Positions 61,407-64,000 of a DNA stretch of 64,000 nucleotides are shown here, in pieces (position 1 is the stretch's first letter; each line of letters opens with the position of its first letter). The stretch is from Nemertoderma westbladi (taxonomy: Eukaryota; Animalia; Xenacoelomorpha), in NCBI GenBank assembly GCA_032718475.1, contig JAUCBJ010008257.1:7624-71623 (forward strand), in the 5' to 3' direction. Position numbers and translations under genes: made by a program. The notes below the pieces were generated by a model. The model was given only the letters and a program-made list of their open reading frames with translations. It was not told where the DNA came from and searched no databases.

Positions 61407-61967
61407 TTAAAAAATACTTTTTTCGCAGTGTTTCAGTTTGCCTTTTATATTTCTCTTTTTACTACGTCGATGTTGTATGTTCATAGACATTGGTCTAGCG
61501 GGTCGCTTTAAATCTCTATAAACTTTTTCTACAACCGACCTTGTTGACGGTTTCATTTTATTTAATGCTTTATTAATAACCGTATTAGCCTGCTGATGTA
61601 AGACCCGCTTACCTTTTGGTATTACGTGTTGTCTCATAAATTTTGTGGTAAATGGTAAAGCTTTCTGTAAAACTTTTTTAGCTAATGGCTTACCAAATTT
61701 TTTCAATGTCGATAAGGCGTCTGTAAATATACCTTCTCCGTGTTGATTTGCCCGCATACCTCTACGATAACGCTGAAAACGACGTTGTTTTAAGTTTGGA
61801 CCAAATGTGCCAATTTGTTGACCGTAAGGGTCAATATATGAACCACCACGAAAAACAGGAACTTGCGTCGAGCCTCTGGTACTTCTTCCGCCTTTAAAAA
61901 CAGCAAGATTAGAGTCTGAACCCCCATATTGAGGTTTACTGTATCTTTGAAATAAATCAGAATCCAT
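61407..61967 (-). CDS. Basic core/membrane-lytic precursor (Maverick PM / adenovirus pVII-pX-like)
   Basis: 186 aa, K/R-rich; repeated GG motifs and QHGEG followed by the amphipathic helix IFTDALSTLKKFGKPLAKKVL; located between penton and MCP. Confidence 0.7.
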   Translation of the reverse strand: MDSDLFQRYSKPQYGGSDSNLAVFKGGRSTRGSTQVPVFRGGSYIDPYGQQIGTFGPNLKQRRFQRYRRGMRANQHGEGIFTDALSTLKKFGKPLAKKVLQKALPFTTKFMRQHVIPKGKRVLHQQANTVINKALNKMKPSTRSVVEKVYRDLKRPARPMSMNIQHRRSKKRNIKGKLKHCEKSIF

Positions 61968-62823
61968 TTGAATTTATACGTTTAAAGTGTAATGTAATAG
62001 AAGTTGTGCCGTATTCAAAATTCAAATCTTTTCCTTCTTTGTCTGTTATTTCAATATGAATGTATGTTATCTTATATGATTTTTTTACAGGGATATAATG
62101 AATTGTATCCTTGACAAATTCTTTATTTATTACGCTACCATATTTCACATCATCAGGTATCGCAACACGACGAAGTAAAGCTAAACCAAAATCGTTAATA
62201 TATTGATTTTCAATTATATTAGTAGTCACGTACATGTTCGATTTAGGTTCTGGAATAGAGTTGGGTGGTTGAGGGCATAAAAATACCATCTGGTAAGCCT
62301 TTTCTCCATTTCCGATAACCTTTATTAAATAACCCTTTATATTATTTTTCGTCTTCAAAATAATTTTAAAATTTGGATTTAAATTCGCGCCGAGATTATT
62401 TTCAGTAATTCCAAAATAATAGGCTAATTGTTGACCTATAAATAACTCTCGCACAGTTTTCCCTAAAATAAATTGCAATCTATTTTGCTGAGTATTTTCA
62501 ACTATTTGTAATTTATCTTTCAACGCCCCCGTGTTAAAATAATCTATAATGTCATTGATACTGTAGAACAAACCGGATGGAAGTGTATCCTCAAAATTTT
62601 TTTTTCCTTTTTTTAATAAAATAACATTCTCTACATTGTTATACATGGACGGCAACGTTGCTAAGTAAAATATACTTTTTATACCTACCACCCAGTTTTC
62701 GTTTGGATTTATAGGTAAGGCGCCGTGGAAATTTATCTGATAATTACTAGCGCTATTGCGGGGAAAATCAATTGGACAGGAATTACTTGGTAGTCTAACG
62801 TAGAACTCATCCATCACCGCCAC
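61957..62823 (-). CDS. Minor capsid (penton-like, Polinton PX) protein, copy 2
   Basis: FYVRLPSNS...FPRNSASNY...WVVGIKSIFY ... MYVTTNIIENQYIND..LALLRRV...HYIPV...IHIEITDKEG..LNF..GTTSITLHFKR. Confidence 0.85.
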   Translation of the reverse strand: MAVMDEFYVRLPSNSCPIDFPRNSASNYQINFHGALPINPNENWVVGIKSIFYLATLPSMYNNVENVILLKKGKKNFEDTLPSGLFYSINDIIDYFNTGALKDKLQIVENTQQNRLQFILGKTVRELFIGQQLAYYFGITENNLGANLNPNFKIILKTKNNIKGYLIKVIGNGEKAYQMVFLCPQPPNSIPEPKSNMYVTTNIIENQYINDFGLALLRRVAIPDDVKYGSVINKEFVKDTIHYIPVKKSYKITYIHIEITDKEGKDLNFEYGTTSITLHFKRINSNGF

Positions 62824-63679
62824 CCCGTATTAACTTAAGTGTTATAACAGTGCGACCTCCGCTGAAGTTAATTAATTGGCCTTGGCCGTCACGTAAAGTA
62901 ATTAAGATTGTTTTTAGTTTTTTATTCAACAATGGGAAATAGCAAATGCTCTCGTATTCGTGATTAATATATTTTCGATTTAATTGCGTTAAAGGGCAGG
63001 TTCTTAAGAGCGGAGCTAAAGCGTCGCCAACAAATGAGCTCTTAATAATATCTGTGTATATGAAAATTGTATCTTTATTACGTGTTATATTTGTGGGAGC
63101 TGGAAAATCTAAAATGCCAATTTCCGAAATTTTTGGCCCGCTATAATTTAAAATTAATATCGGCTGTTCTATATTGCTTAATTCATCTACTGTAGTGGTA
63201 CTGTATATATCCCAATTCGGAATATCCGGATGATTCCGATCCAATAACGGTTTTAAGCCTAGAATTTGTATTAAATCGCCGCGTAGACTTAATTGTATTT
63301 TTTTCAACTTTTTAGGAAATTTAAATTTAATTCTAGAATTATTTGTATTAAAAATGAATTCGAAATCTCTATATTTCGCTTCAGAATTAAACAGTTTATT
63401 TATATCATCAATAATCACTTGAATAGAGTTATGCATACCAGGAAATAAACTATATAATTTGGCATCTTTTGCATCTACCCCGATTGACAGCGAGATTTGA
63501 GTTTGCAGCGTAATATTACTGTATGTTGCTTGATATTGAAGTTCGGCAAGTCCAATTTTGGCATTTGGACCAATATATAATTCTTCGGCTAAATCAACAG
63601 TAAACTCACTAGGATTATTATTGGGATAAGTGTTCAATGAGCTATCTGAAAGTAGAGTGATATATGTATCTGTGGCCAT
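62807..63679 (-). CDS. Minor capsid (penton-like, Polinton PX) protein, copy 1
   Basis: YITLLSDSS..YPNNNPSEFTVDL...IGLAELQY ... IFIYTDIIKSSFVGDALAPLLR...YFPL...ILITLRDGQGQLINF.GGRTVITL. Confidence 0.87.
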   Translation of the reverse strand: MATDTYITLLSDSSLNTYPNNNPSEFTVDLAEELYIGPNAKIGLAELQYQATYSNITLQTQISLSIGVDAKDAKLYSLFPGMHNSIQVIIDDINKLFNSEAKYRDFEFIFNTNNSRIKFKFPKKLKKIQLSLRGDLIQILGLKPLLDRNHPDIPNWDIYSTTTVDELSNIEQPILILNYSGPKISEIGILDFPAPTNITRNKDTIFIYTDIIKSSFVGDALAPLLRTCPLTQLNRKYINHEYESICYFPLLNKKLKTILITLRDGQGQLINFSGGRTVITLKLIRGGGDG

Positions 63680-63927
63680 TATTATTATTATTTAAGCTCG
63701 CTCTCTCTACTTGACTCCTTTGTACATACAGTATAATGTTAAATTATAGACATCTGTGACCACGTTCATTGCCGCATCTTCTACAGTATATGCGAGGGAT
63801 CAATATTTTACTGGCTTTATTTAAAGCGGATGAACTATAGATATAGTAATATCATTCGAGTTAATATTATTGATTAATTACGGTCATATGCGACCAAAAT
63901 GAATTAATATACAGTATAAACCTAAGC

Positions 63928-64000
63928 TTATTGAATATGCTGTACCCACGACTGTTTCTTGGATCCGATGAATCGGACTAAATATTCTTTCTTCCCATTG
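63928..64000 (-). CDS. 3' end of a probable Polinton integrase (C-terminal chromodomain-like tail), partial
   Basis: Frame ending at TAA 63928-63930 reads NGKKEYLVRFIGSKKQSWVQHIQ*, matching the chromodomain EYLV.(W/F).G....SW pattern found at the C-terminus of Maverick integrases. Confidence 0.6.
   Translation of the reverse strand, partial: NGKKEYLVRFIGSKKQSWVQHIQ

Larger units (their letters stand above)
59690..64000 (-). mobile_element. Polinton/Maverick (adintovirus-like) endogenous virus, morphogenesis module; continues beyond the window
   Basis: Five abutting, intact, intronless ORFs plus an integrase tail, in the order INT - penton - penton - core - MCP - protease. Confidence 0.92.

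Noticed and set aside
63700-63850. CRRC...HRC zinc-knuckle-like peptide between integrase and penton
   Set aside because: No start codon after the upstream in-frame stop; too short to support.

Overview
AT-rich, repeat-rich genomic DNA from an invertebrate animal (spliceosomal GT-AG introns, SINEs, LINEs). Five host genes: 4-exon MRPS2 and single-exon SLC35G-like, KCNMB/TipE-like, C6orf120-like and FARSA. The rest is mostly mobile DNA: (i) a complete, recent CsRN1-clade Ty3/Gypsy element (identical 221-bp LTRs, 5-bp TSD) inserted in a 45-bp satellite, whose polyprotein has an unusual two-helix hydrophobic insert between protease and RT; (ii) a 5.26-kb EnSpm/CACTA-like element carrying an in-frame 5-exon accessory gene; (iii) a large LTR-type element with one non-canonical ORF and duplicated, structurally conserved hairpins, plus a related LTR copy at the window start; (iv) RTE and L2 LINE fragments, Nin-domain SINEs, and hAT and Harbinger MITEs; (v) at the right end, the virion module of a Polinton/Maverick (adintovirus-like) element: integrase chromodomain tail, two penton-like genes, a basic core/lytic protein, the major capsid protein and adenain. 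Copy-to-copy comparison also shows the same GGCCTA insertion at a TA in two unrelated repeats, resembling a transposon excision footprint. All calls come from reading the sequence and recalled family motifs; no database search was run.
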